Below are positions 17,100-25,373 of a DNA stretch of 64,000 bases, one piece after another. The translations under genes and the position numbers were made by a program. Origin of the DNA: an uncultured virus (IMG/VR IMGVR_UViG_3300030943_000012) (lineage: Duplodnaviria; Heunggongvirae; Uroviricota; Caudoviricetes); IMG/VR virus record IMGVR_UViG_3300030943_000012, one strand, 5' to 3'. Each line of letters starts with the position of its first letter. The first letter of the stretch is position 1. Below the pieces are notes generated by a model that saw only the letters and a program-made list of their open reading frames with translations, ran no database searches and had not been told where the DNA came from.

Positions 17100-17185
17100 C
17101 TATTCAATCTATTCAACTATTCAATAAATAAAGAAAACAATGACTTAGACTGGATGGTTGGGCTGAATAGTGAATAGTTGGGCAG
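17100..17185. repeat. Iteron-like repeats in an AT-rich non-coding region (candidate origin)
   Basis: CTATTCAA x3 (17100, 17109, 17117) and inverted TGAATAG x2 (17164, 17171), with IHF-like AAACAATGACTTA (17135-17147) between them. Confidence 0.6.
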
Positions 17186-17323
17186 CCCGATACCTCCTAT
17201 TTACTGCGAAAAAGGCGCGCCGAACGCCAAACCCCTAACCCATAAGGCAACGCCCCACGCGCATCGCGGTACAATCCTACTACCACGCCCCTTAAATTTT
17301 ATTTCTGACACGCCATTTCTCAC

Positions 17324-17352
17324 TTGACACCCCTTATTCCCTATGGCATGCT
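17324..17352 (+). promoter_or_regulatory. sigma70-type early promoter
   Basis: TTGACA-17-CATGCT. Confidence 0.6.
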
Positions 17353-17386
17353 TCACCTGCAATATAGATTTTAAGGGGTAAAGCGA

Positions 17387-17515
17387 ATGACCATTTACGT
17401 AATCTGGCGCAACGGCGAGCGTGGCTTCCTCATGCTGCCGGGTATCCTGACCACTTGGCCGGTCCCCAGCAGCATGGTCGAGAACGTGTTTCACTTCTCC
17501 ACGCTGGGCATGTAG
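17387..17515 (+). CDS. Small early protein (42 aa)
   Basis: AAGGGG RBS; MTIYVIWRNGERGFLMLPGIL... Confidence 0.5.
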   Translation: MTIYVIWRNGERGFLMLPGILTTWPVPSSMVENVFHFSTLGM

Positions 17516-17551
17516 CCCGGTTAATCCCAACTGCAACCAGGAGCGAATCCA

Positions 17552-17854
17552 ATGACGACAGCAACCACAACCGACCCCCTCGCCGGCATGACGCAAGCGA
17601 AGTGGGATTCCTTCACTCCCCTGCAGCGCGAACAGCTGCGCGACCTGCGCGGCCTGACAAAGCAACTGATCGGCTATGTCGGGTATCGCGTGGAAGTGGT
17701 CGATGCAGCTGGCGACAAGCCCCGTCGCTTTATCGTCGGCATGTCCACCGGCTGGCGCCCGTGCCACCTGGAAATCAGCCGCCGATCGGCGCGCGGTGGC
17801 GGTCCTGCCAGCAAGGCCTACTATTCCGTGCGCGGTCTCGAAAAGGTGCGCTAG
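17552..17854 (+). CDS. Early hypothetical protein
   Basis: AGGAG RBS; RFIVGMSTGWRPCHLEI. Confidence 0.7.
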   Translation: MTTATTTDPLAGMTQAKWDSFTPLQREQLRDLRGLTKQLIGYVGYRVEVVDAAGDKPRRFIVGMSTGWRPCHLEISRRSARGGGPASKAYYSVRGLEKVR

Positions 17855-17865
17855 AAATCTGCACC

Positions 17866-17911
17866 GGGATGCAAAATAACCCTTGCATCCCCCACCCATA
17901 CTCTTTATATT
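17866..17911 (+). promoter_or_regulatory. sigma70-type promoter with inverted repeat over -35
   Basis: TTGCAT-17-TATATT; GGGATGCAA/TTGCATCCC inverted repeat at 17866-17891. Confidence 0.6.
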
Positions 17912-17937
17912 GATCGTATCAGCAACGGAGAAAGCAA

Positions 17938-18159
17938 ATGGCCCTCACCACCGAATCAGCCCTTCGCAAAGACAAGCGCAACGCCAACGGCGCCACGTTC
18001 GAGCATCGCCACTTCGCATCGATTGCGGGCATGCTGGAGCGCATGCCGCACGATCGGCACACGCAAGCGACGGTTCTATACTTTGCCGAGGAACTGGCAA
18101 AGACCAATCCGAAGTTTGATCGCCGCCGCTTCCTCGCCGCTTGCGGCTATACCGACTAA
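17938..18159 (+). CDS. Early hypothetical protein
   Basis: GGAG RBS; C-terminal NPKFDRRRFLAACG motif. Confidence 0.75.
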   Translation: MALTTESALRKDKRNANGATFEHRHFASIAGMLERMPHDRHTQATVLYFAEELAKTNPKFDRRRFLAACGYTD

Positions 18160-18161
18160 CA

Positions 18162-18212
18162 GGACGAAACGGGCCAAGCCCGTCGCACCGTCAAGCGGTG
18201 CCTGATGAGTCC
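18162..18212 (+). ncRNA. Type II hammerhead ribozyme
   Basis: GGAC-GAAA-C-GGGC-caa-GCCC-GUC|-GCACCG-ucaag-CGGUGC-CUGAUGA-GUCC: complete catalytic core and three paired stems; intergenic. Confidence 0.92.
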
Positions 18213-18231
18213 AACCAAGGGAAAAACCAAA

Positions 18232-18756
18232 ATGATCACGATCCAGGATATGGTCCAGCGCGAAATCAACTGCTGCATGTCGGGCCTTGTGGCGACACTT
18301 GCCGCAGGTAACCACGGCATCACCGAACACCCTTCGCGTGGCCCCGACATGCCGCTTCGCGTTCTGTCCGAACAAGCCTTCGAGCTAACTCGGGCGATCC
18401 CCGACTATGAGGAAGCCGCGATTCAGGCGGGATGGATCCGGCACGACATGCAGCACGCCCCCGACGCTCCGTGGTTTGCACACGACAAGCAGAAAACGCA
18501 AAGCGGCAACCCCGTGCGCCATATGCACGGCAGTTGGCAAGAACTTTGCGAAGCCGAGTCGATCGAACCCTACGCCCGCGAAGTGTTCGAACACTGGGCC
18601 GTCAGTGACTGGCTCGCCGACAAGCTCATTGCCAAGGGCGAGAAGGTCGACAAGGATTTCGCCGACCTCTGCATCTGGGCGCGCACCACGACGGGCCATG
18701 CGATTTATGCCGATGGCGTGATCGAGGCAATTTACAGAGAGGCCATGTCGGCGTAA
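18232..18756 (+). CDS. Early hypothetical protein
   Basis: ATG 18232 after AAGGGA; EVFEHWAVSDWLADKL...WARTTTG. Confidence 0.75.
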   Translation: MITIQDMVQREINCCMSGLVATLAAGNHGITEHPSRGPDMPLRVLSEQAFELTRAIPDYEEAAIQAGWIRHDMQHAPDAPWFAHDKQKTQSGNPVRHMHGSWQELCEAESIEPYAREVFEHWAVSDWLADKLIAKGEKVDKDFADLCIWARTTTGHAIYADGVIEAIYREAMSA

Positions 18757-18806
18757 AACTACGCCATAGCTAAAACCGCGCAACAGCGCAAACAAGGGGA
18801 ATCAGA

Positions 18807-19445
18807 ATGGCCTATGAGATCAAGAATCGTTCGGGTGCCGTGATTTACACATCCGAGAAGGCGGTCACTGCGAAAGAAGCGGTAGTCGAAGCGGTCGCCG
18901 CGCACGCTAACCTTCGCGACGCTTACCTTGGCGGCGCTGACCTTCGCGGCGCTGACCTTCGCGGCGCTTACCTTCGCGACGCTAACCTTCGCAACGCTTA
19001 CCTTCGCAACGCTGACCTTCGCGGCGCTGACCTTGGCGGCGCTAACCTTGGCGGCGCTGACCTTCGCGGCGCTGACCTTCGCAACGCTGACCTTCGCGGC
19101 GCTGACCTTCGCGGCGCTGACCTTCGCAACGCTAACCTTCGCAACGCTTACCTTCGCAACGCTGACCTTCGCAACGCTGACCTTCGCGGCGCTGACCTTC
19201 GCGGCGCTAACCTTGGCGATCAGTGGATTATCCAGGGCCAGACGCGCAGCGACGGCTATCCGTTCTTTCTGCAGAAACTCACGGGTGATACGTCACCGAT
19301 GGTCAACGCCGGGTGTCGCCACTTTCCGATTGCCGAAGCTCGCGCGCACTGGGGAAAGACCCGTGGCGGCACGTCGCTTGGCGCCGAGACTACGGCTATC
19401 CTCGATTGCATGGAAGCCGTGATGAAAATCAGGGGGCTGTCGTGA
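18807..19445 (+). CDS. Pentapeptide-repeat protein
   Basis: 21 A(D/N/Y)L(R/G)x repeats; C-terminal RSDGY...AGCRHF domain. Confidence 0.93.
   Translation: MAYEIKNRSGAVIYTSEKAVTAKEAVVEAVAAHANLRDAYLGGADLRGADLRGAYLRDANLRNAYLRNADLRGADLGGANLGGADLRGADLRNADLRGADLRGADLRNANLRNAYLRNADLRNADLRGADLRGANLGDQWIIQGQTRSDGYPFFLQKLTGDTSPMVNAGCRHFPIAEARAHWGKTRGGTSLGAETTAILDCMEAVMKIRGLS
18906..19220 (+). repeat. 15-bp coding tandem repeat (21 units)
   Basis: GCT(G/A/T)ACCTT(C/G)GC(GGC/AAC/GAC) units. Confidence 0.9.
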
Positions 19446-19549
19446 TGGCCGCAGTCCAGCTCATCTTCTTCGTCTCGCTCGCCGGCCTCCTGACGGTCGG
19501 CGGGTTCCTCGCAATCCTCGCGCTGATCGGGCTCATTTAGGAGGCTGTC

Positions 19550-19741
19550 ATGGCCAGGCGGTTCATCGTTGAAAAAACGCTTATGGTGACGCACCAAACT
19601 GTAGTTTATGCAACCGACGAAAAAGATGCGCTTGCTCGCTTCCACCGCGGCGATGTGGATGCCGAGACGAAACCATTTTACAACGCGCCGGCCGCTGCCG
19701 TGCGCGACGCAATCAGGGTTTATGAAGGAAGCGAGCAATGA
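19550..19741 (+). CDS. Small hypothetical protein
   Basis: GGAGG RBS. Confidence 0.6.
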   Translation: MARRFIVEKTLMVTHQTVVYATDEKDALARFHRGDVDAETKPFYNAPAAAVRDAIRVYEGSEQ

Positions 19742-19842
19742 AAACCGGCGCCCTGCTAGGCGCCCTCATCGGCGCCCTCATCGGCGCCCTCATCGGATGG
19801 CTCATCTGGCGCTTCATGCCGCAACCGTTTAAGGGGGAATAG
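19738..19842 (+). CDS. Glycine-zipper membrane peptide (34 aa)
   Basis: MKTGALLGALIGALIGALIGWLIWRF, encoded by GGCGCCCTCATC x3 (19759-19794); ATGA coupling. Confidence 0.55.
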   Translation: MKTGALLGALIGALIGALIGWLIWRFMPQPFKGE

Positions 19843-19844
19843 CT

Positions 19845-20021
19845 ATGGCCAACGAAGAACTTTGCGCGCTCCTAAAAGAGCGAATCGTGTTCGACATCGG
19901 GCAGTTGTCGAAAGAGAATTTGAAGTGGCTGGCGCGCGAGGTGCGCAAAGGCCGTGTGCAAAAGTCGTGGAATTGCCAACGCTACCCGCAAGGGAAAAAT
20001 ATGTACTGGATTGCAGACTAA
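19845..20021 (+). CDS. Small hypothetical protein (58 aa)
   Basis: AAGGGGG RBS; converges with the primase stop. Confidence 0.5.
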   Translation: MANEELCALLKERIVFDIGQLSKENLKWLAREVRKGRVQKSWNCQRYPQGKNMYWIAD

Positions 20022-22474
20022 CGCCCCCGCCACTCCCTGACGTCCTCGCTCCACTTCCACGCGCCGCCGAATGCCCTCTCCCATGCGGCGCGCATCTCGC
20101 CAAGCGCCGGGAACTGCCATGCGTTGCCGTGCACCTCGTGCACCTTGCGGCACCCGTGGTCCGCCAGGAAGCGGCCTAGGGCCGTGCTCGACACGTCCAT
20201 CAGCCGGCGGTTGTCCTCTCGCATGATCCGAATCAGCGCCGAGGCCGGCACCTTGGTCGGGTCCGTCCCGGCGCCGGGGATCTGGCCCTCCTGCAGTACG
20301 CCCTCGAACCACTCCTGCAGCGCGCCCAGCGATCGCGCCTTTTGCTCGCGCAGGCCGGCCGTCTTGACGATCTGCCGCGGGTGCCAGCGGCCGAGATCCA
20401 GCGCCAGGAGGGCTGCAAGCATGGCCTCTAGCCCGCCGGCCTTCAGCTCCGCGTTGAGTTTGTCGAAGTACCCCCCGTTGCCGATCTGTTTCGGCGAGAC
20501 CTTGAACACTGCGTAGCGGCGCTCCATCGGGCCCGCCGGCACCACCCACTCGGCATTCGCCGCCATGATGACCTTGAGGCGGTTTTTCCACTGGCTGGCA
20601 TCCACGCCCTTCTGCTCGATCACCAGGGTGGGTTCCGTGATCAGGCCCTTGAGCGTCGACTCGCCCTGCTTGTCGCCAGCCCAGAACGCCTCATCCGAGA
20701 ACAGCAGCAGGCAGTTGCGCAGGTGAGCGTTGAACTGGCCGGTGAGGTGCTTGGCTGAAAATATCTGCATGCCATGCTGCCCAAAGATGTCGCGGATCGC
20801 GCGGGCGAAAGTTCCCTTGCCAGTTCCCTTGTCGCCCTGGAATACCATGGCCGCTTCGGCCGGCCGTCCGGGGTTCTGCACGCACCACGCCGCGAACTTC
20901 AGGATGTAGGCTGCGCTGTCGGCGTCGCCGTCTGCCAGCACGTCGGTAATGTGATCCTGCATGCGCTGCCAGGTGCCGGGGGCGGGCTGGACCGCAAACC
21001 CACTCCACAAATTTAAAATGTTCCCTTCAAGCACTGGTTCGCCTGACGGGTCTAAGTCTATGCCTTCATAGTGCTTTCGCCCTGTCCACTTGAGCCAATA
21101 CGCGCCCAATTGCTTGTTTTCTTCGATGATATCGCCGTTCGGTTTCTCTGTCTTAACGGCGATATACCGCGCGCCGTGCCTCTCCCCGAACGACTTAAAG
21201 TCTTGAAATGATGGAACTTTAATGTGCGGATCGACCTTCGATGGCGTCCAGCCGAGCACCCGGCACTTGCCGCCGATATCGCCGATCACGGAAAATTTTT
21301 CGTTGAGCTCGATCAAGGGGTTATCGGAAGGCTTTAAAGCAAAAACTTGAGGAGCGGGGCCAACAGACCAGTGATTTGCAGAATGGCCATTGAGGTGGTG
21401 ACCATTTGTCTCCGGCGGACGGTCATTCAATGAGTGTCCGTTAGCTTGCCCCATTGAAAACGCTCGCATTTCCGGCGGAATGACCTCGCTTTTCCGCTGG
21501 GTGGGTGGTGACCACGAAGGGTCTGCCTGCTTGGCGGCGTAGTACAGGGAACCGAAGCCGATGCTGTCTGGCGGCGAGCCGGCATAGGCCCGCCAGCGCT
21601 CGGCAGCGGCGTCGGGGTCGTATTTGCGGGACTTCTGCGACCAGTAGTCAAAGGCTTCCTCGCCCTCCGGGGAACCCTCGCAGGCCCGCCACACGGCCAT
21701 GCCGACCCGGTTCCACTCGTCCCAGCTCATGTCGGTGTTCGGGATGGCTTCCAGTGCCGAGTCGATGTCCACCAGGTCGACGGCCTCTTGCAGCGCCACG
21801 CGGGCCGTCAGGGCAGCGCCAGCGCGCCCGCGCAGGTGCGCCGGGATGTTCTGAGCCCCGACCGGCTCTCGCGCGCCACGCGCCTCCCTGTCGCGGTTCC
21901 GGAACCAGTGCAGCAGCCACGCCGGCATTGGCGCGATCGGCTGGCCGGGGTTGAGCCAGGCGTAGGGCTGGCCGGAGACGTGATTGCTCGGGGGCGCTAC
22001 CAAATTACCGCCATCTCCCCGGATGTCGAGGCCGTGGCCGGAGTTCGATGGGCTGGGCTGATCGCAGTAAAAATAGAGGTGGCCGCCGGCGCCCTGCCTC
22101 CCGCTGCGAGCAGTGAGAGTGGTGGGCAGGGCGCCACTCGCGTCTCCAGCCTCTTTGCAGAGGCGCATCAGCGTAGCGGCTCCTTCCGCGCTGTCAATGT
22201 CTACCACGCACAGCCGCGACTGCTGCCCGGTGGCGATGCCGATATTGGCGCGCGGCCACTTCGCCCACCACTTCCGGATCTGGACTTCGTCGGTGGTCGC
22301 CGCCTCGAATGCGCGCCCTGTCTTGATTCGGGGGTGCTTGCCGGGCGATGGGCACTCGGCGCCGGCCTTGGGCCGCGCGGGCGTCACCTTGCAGGTGCAA
22401 ATGCCGTTCTCGATATTGTGGAGCGGCATCACTCGCCAGTGAAGGCGCGCGTAAGTCAGGGCATGCTCAAACAC
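20018..22474 (-). CDS. Bifunctional primase-polymerase + PriCT-2 + P-loop helicase (D5/P4-like)
   Basis: C..C...PGKHP, NIGIATG, VVDID, GGHLYF, LDIRGDGGNLVAPPS; PriCT-2 WNRVGMA...WSQKSRKY; Walker A GDKGTGKGT. Confidence 0.93.
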   Translation of the reverse strand: MFEHALTYARLHWRVMPLHNIENGICTCKVTPARPKAGAECPSPGKHPRIKTGRAFEAATTDEVQIRKWWAKWPRANIGIATGQQSRLCVVDIDSAEGAATLMRLCKEAGDASGALPTTLTARSGRQGAGGHLYFYCDQPSPSNSGHGLDIRGDGGNLVAPPSNHVSGQPYAWLNPGQPIAPMPAWLLHWFRNRDREARGAREPVGAQNIPAHLRGRAGAALTARVALQEAVDLVDIDSALEAIPNTDMSWDEWNRVGMAVWRACEGSPEGEEAFDYWSQKSRKYDPDAAAERWRAYAGSPPDSIGFGSLYYAAKQADPSWSPPTQRKSEVIPPEMRAFSMGQANGHSLNDRPPETNGHHLNGHSANHWSVGPAPQVFALKPSDNPLIELNEKFSVIGDIGGKCRVLGWTPSKVDPHIKVPSFQDFKSFGERHGARYIAVKTEKPNGDIIEENKQLGAYWLKWTGRKHYEGIDLDPSGEPVLEGNILNLWSGFAVQPAPGTWQRMQDHITDVLADGDADSAAYILKFAAWCVQNPGRPAEAAMVFQGDKGTGKGTFARAIRDIFGQHGMQIFSAKHLTGQFNAHLRNCLLLFSDEAFWAGDKQGESTLKGLITEPTLVIEQKGVDASQWKNRLKVIMAANAEWVVPAGPMERRYAVFKVSPKQIGNGGYFDKLNAELKAGGLEAMLAALLALDLGRWHPRQIVKTAGLREQKARSLGALQEWFEGVLQEGQIPGAGTDPTKVPASALIRIMREDNRRLMDVSSTALGRFLADHGCRKVHEVHGNAWQFPALGEMRAAWERAFGGAWKWSEDVREWRGR

Positions 22475-23201
22475 GGGCGGGTTCCGGATGCGAGTTGTGA
22501 ATCGGGCATTCCTCGCTTACCAGCGCGCACCCGGAAGCGGGCTCGGGGCACTGGCAATCGCATAGCGATTCGAGGAACCGCTCAGCCAACCACTTTGAGT
22601 ATTTTGGTGGGATCGCCTGCGACAACTCCATGCCAGACATCCAGTCGATGCCCATGGCTTCGCGCCTCTCCTCGACGCTAAAATCCTGTGTGTTCACGGT
22701 GCGGCGCCTGTCGCGCCCATGCCCTCCGTAAACGCCAATCACACGCGGCTTGCGACCATGCGCGCAAGGCGGCTGGTCAACTTCAAAACTGCATTCAAAC
22801 AGGCGGTGACGGCGCAACTCTGCATCTGCGGTGCCAAGGGAAAACATGGACCCGCAAAGGCAGATCGGCTTGTGCAGCGCTTTGAGCGCACCAGCTACGT
22901 TCTCGATGATGTATGGCTTGCCGATGGCCTTGAGCAGCGCGCGAGTCTGGGGAATCAGATCAACGTGCTTTTTCGCGTTGTGCATCTGGTTGAGCGACGT
23001 GTGAAACTGGCATGGTGGCGAGGCCCAGATCAGGTCGAACTGGCGTGCCCACTCGACGTTCACCTGCAGGCAATCGCCTTGGAAGAACGTGAACGGGTAT
23101 CGCTTCTGCGGCTGGATGTCGATTCCGGTCACTGCAAACCCGGCATGGCGCAGGCCCATGCCCGCGCCGCCGGCTTTGCAAAACAAGTCAAGAGCCTTCA
23201 T
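22467..23201 (-). CDS. Short C5-cytosine methyltransferase-like protein
   Basis: LDLFCKAGG, ASPPCQ, IIENV, RHRLF, EAMGIDWM...SQAIPP. Confidence 0.85.
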   Translation of the reverse strand: MKALDLFCKAGGAGMGLRHAGFAVTGIDIQPQKRYPFTFFQGDCLQVNVEWARQFDLIWASPPCQFHTSLNQMHNAKKHVDLIPQTRALLKAIGKPYIIENVAGALKALHKPICLCGSMFSLGTADAELRRHRLFECSFEVDQPPCAHGRKPRVIGVYGGHGRDRRRTVNTQDFSVEERREAMGIDWMSGMELSQAIPPKYSKWLAERFLESLCDCQCPEPASGCALVSEECPIHNSHPEPARV

Positions 23202-23249
23202 TTTGATCTACCCCTTGTATCGGGCCGATCCTGATGCTACCCTCGTTAG

Positions 23250-23321
23250 GGAATGTCTATCCCCTTGGGCATTTGGACCGACCTTGGCCTCCGCCTCATC
23301 CGCGGGGGCCATTTTTTCTTT
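23250..23321 (+). ncRNA. Putative antisense small RNA (~70 nt) in the replication-operon leader
   Basis: Promoter TTGTAT-17-TACCCT (23215-23243), a hairpin with UCCCCU loop, then terminator GGCCTCCGC/GCGGGGGCC-ATTTTTTCTTT. Confidence 0.55.
23286..23321 (+). terminator. Rho-independent terminator
   Basis: 9-bp GC stem followed by a T-tract. Confidence 0.7.
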
Positions 23322-23463
23322 GGTACCAGTCGCACCCATGCGACTGAATGCGGAGGATGCGCCAGCGCGCGCCCCGCCGTCAAACGAAAAATTTCGTCGC
23401 TCCCATCATTTTACTCTTTACGCCACACGCACTATGGTGTAGTGGTTAGGAAAGAGGGACGAA

Positions 23464-23724
23464 ATGACCAGACACGAGAAAGCCAGAGCCTGGCGCGAGA
23501 AGCTGGGATATTCCCAGAAGGATCTCGAGCGCGCCACCGGCTACAGCGAGAACAGCATCTACTGGTTCGAGCGCGGATGCACGCCGCCGAAGCGGAATTC
23601 GAAGGCCGGCGACCCCGCCGATCGCGAGATCAAGGAGTGGGTGTTTCAGCGGTACATGCGCGCCTGTGGCGATGTCGACGCGGAGATCCGCGGGCGCCTG
23701 CCGGGGGAGAAGTTCAAATGGTGA
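23464..23724 (+). CDS. XRE-family HTH regulator
   Basis: WREKLGYSQKDLERATGYSENSIYWFERG; divergent from the replication operon; promoter TTTACT-17-TATGGT. Confidence 0.85.
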   Translation: MTRHEKARAWREKLGYSQKDLERATGYSENSIYWFERGCTPPKRNSKAGDPADREIKEWVFQRYMRACGDVDAEIRGRLPGEKFKW

Positions 23725-24023
23725 AGATCTGCGAGTGTTGCGGGCACCCGCTGCCCGACACCAGCGTGCTGAGTGACCTTACCCCGCTGCAACGGCGGCT
23801 GTTCACGACCGTCAAAGCCAGCGGCACCGCCGGGCTAGCGTTACAAGATCTGATTGACGCTCTTTACGGGCACCTCGCAGACGGCGGCCCGGATTATCCG
23901 AGAAACGTGATCTGCGTAGTGCGGAAAAATATGCAGCCGCGACTCGCCAAGCATGGCTTGCAAATTATCAGCACGCGGGGGCTTGGCAGTCGGTCTTACC
24001 TCAAACCGCTGGATGCAAAATGA
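23718..24023 (+). CDS. OmpR/CtrA-type winged-helix protein with N-terminal CxxC
   Basis: CECCG, then LIDALYG...GGPD...NVICV...IISTRGLG. Confidence 0.7.
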   Translation: MVKICECCGHPLPDTSVLSDLTPLQRRLFTTVKASGTAGLALQDLIDALYGHLADGGPDYPRNVICVVRKNMQPRLAKHGLQIISTRGLGSRSYLKPLDAK

Positions 24024-24415
24024 CCGAAGATGAATACGCCTGCCTGATGATCATGGCAGAAGGCCAGAACCTGATCCGGATGCGCAACACGCGGTGGTTC
24101 GCGCCGCTCAACAGCCTCGAAGCCAAGGGCTGGTGCAAGCCGATCGGCAACGAGAATTTCGTGATCACGCAACAGGGCATGGATGCCCTCGAAGGTCACG
24201 AGAAGACGCTGGACGGCGACCTGCGCCAGGCGATCACCAAGCAGGGGCAGGTGAACAGCGCCCGCCAAGCCGTGCACAGCAAGATGCAGGACGCGCTGGC
24301 GCTGGTGGTCGACGCCTCCCGCATGTCGGCGCTGACGACGGGCCAGAGCGAGAAGCACTGCCTCGCCCAGATCATCAACGAGATCACGCTGCGGGCAACG
24401 GAGGCTTTGAAGTGA
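24020..24415 (+). CDS. Hypothetical protein
   Basis: Coupled at both ends. Confidence 0.65.
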   Translation: MTEDEYACLMIMAEGQNLIRMRNTRWFAPLNSLEAKGWCKPIGNENFVITQQGMDALEGHEKTLDGDLRQAITKQGQVNSARQAVHSKMQDALALVVDASRMSALTTGQSEKHCLAQIINEITLRATEALK

Positions 24416-25197
24416 TTACCCCCATGCAGATTTCCATCGCCGATCGCACCGTCTCCATGCTGCTTGATATTGAACTCGGCCGGCTGTATTCCGACGCGGT
24501 GCTGACGCAGTACCTGCAGGCCAACCGGTGCCCCGAGCCCGAGGTGGTCGCCGTGATGTTCCGGGCGTGCAAGGCCGGGGATTGCGTGATCGACGCCGGC
24601 GCCAATGTCGGGTTTTTCTCGGTGCTGATGTCCAAGCTGGTCGGGCCGACCGGCCACGTCATCTCCATCGAGCCGGATTTGCGTAACTTAAAAGTCATGC
24701 GTAAAAATCTGGACATCAATGAATGCCAGAATGTGGACGTTGTTTCGCGCCCGCTGTCTTGCGACGAGTCGTTGCTGAACTTTTACCAGAATGAAGAAAA
24801 TGGGCAGAGTTCTTTGTTTGCTACAATTCGCGATGTGGCTAGTTCAGAAGAAAGAACTACCACTTTCGATCTCATCATCGCGGAAGATAAGCCCACCTTC
24901 CTCAAGATGGACATCGAGGGCGCCGAGTACGAGGCGATGCGCGGCTGTTCCCACTATTTCGACGCGATCGTCTGCGAGGTCAATCCCGAGGCTTTGAAGC
25001 GCGCCGACTCCTCGCCCGAGGAACTGATCGAGCACATGCGGGGTGATGGGTATGGCGCGTATCTGCTGCGCGAGGATGGCTCACTTCCTTCCTTGATTCG
25101 CCACGACCAGAAGATCAAGATCACCAGGCCGAATACCAACCTGCTGTTCACCGACGCCGCGGGCATCATGCGGTTATGGCCGGAAATCGAAGCTTAA
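24412..25197 (+). CDS. FkbM-family SAM-dependent methyltransferase
   Basis: VIDAGANVGFFS, SIEPD, FLKMDIEGAE; GTGA coupling. Confidence 0.9.
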   Translation: MITPMQISIADRTVSMLLDIELGRLYSDAVLTQYLQANRCPEPEVVAVMFRACKAGDCVIDAGANVGFFSVLMSKLVGPTGHVISIEPDLRNLKVMRKNLDINECQNVDVVSRPLSCDESLLNFYQNEENGQSSLFATIRDVASSEERTTTFDLIIAEDKPTFLKMDIEGAEYEAMRGCSHYFDAIVCEVNPEALKRADSSPEELIEHMRGDGYGAYLLREDGSLPSLIRHDQKIKITRPNTNLLFTDAAGIMRLWPEIEA

Positions 25198-25373
25198 AAC
25201 AGAAGGACGCCAACCAATGAACCTCTGGGACCGCATCATCAACGTCTTCATTCCCGAGCCGGCGCTTCGTCGGTACGACCCCGAGCAGGAGCTTTTTGTT
25301 CCTGTGACCCAGGAGTGGATCGATGACTTGCCGGCGAGTGTTTTTCACGAGCCTGTCCAGAAGGACCGCACCA

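Noticed and set aside
17457..17530. Twister-ribozyme-like fragment (GCCGGTCCCCAGC ... GCCCGG)
   Set aside because: The P4 partner does not follow the pseudoknot loop, the other twister elements are missing, and the segment lies in a plausible small ORF.
18205..18231. ORF-track start at 18205
   Set aside because: That ATG is part of the hammerhead CUGAUGA core; ATG 18232 has the RBS.
18906..19220. CRISPR array or DGR variable region
   Set aside because: Contiguous in-frame 15-bp coding repeats without spacers; no reverse transcriptase or template repeat seen.
22467..23201. 5mC-to-glycosyl-hmC DNA hypermodification pathway
   Set aside because: No TET/JBP dioxygenase or dCMP hydroxymethylase recognised, and the GT genes are unlinked to the MTase. 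Not excluded, but unsupported.
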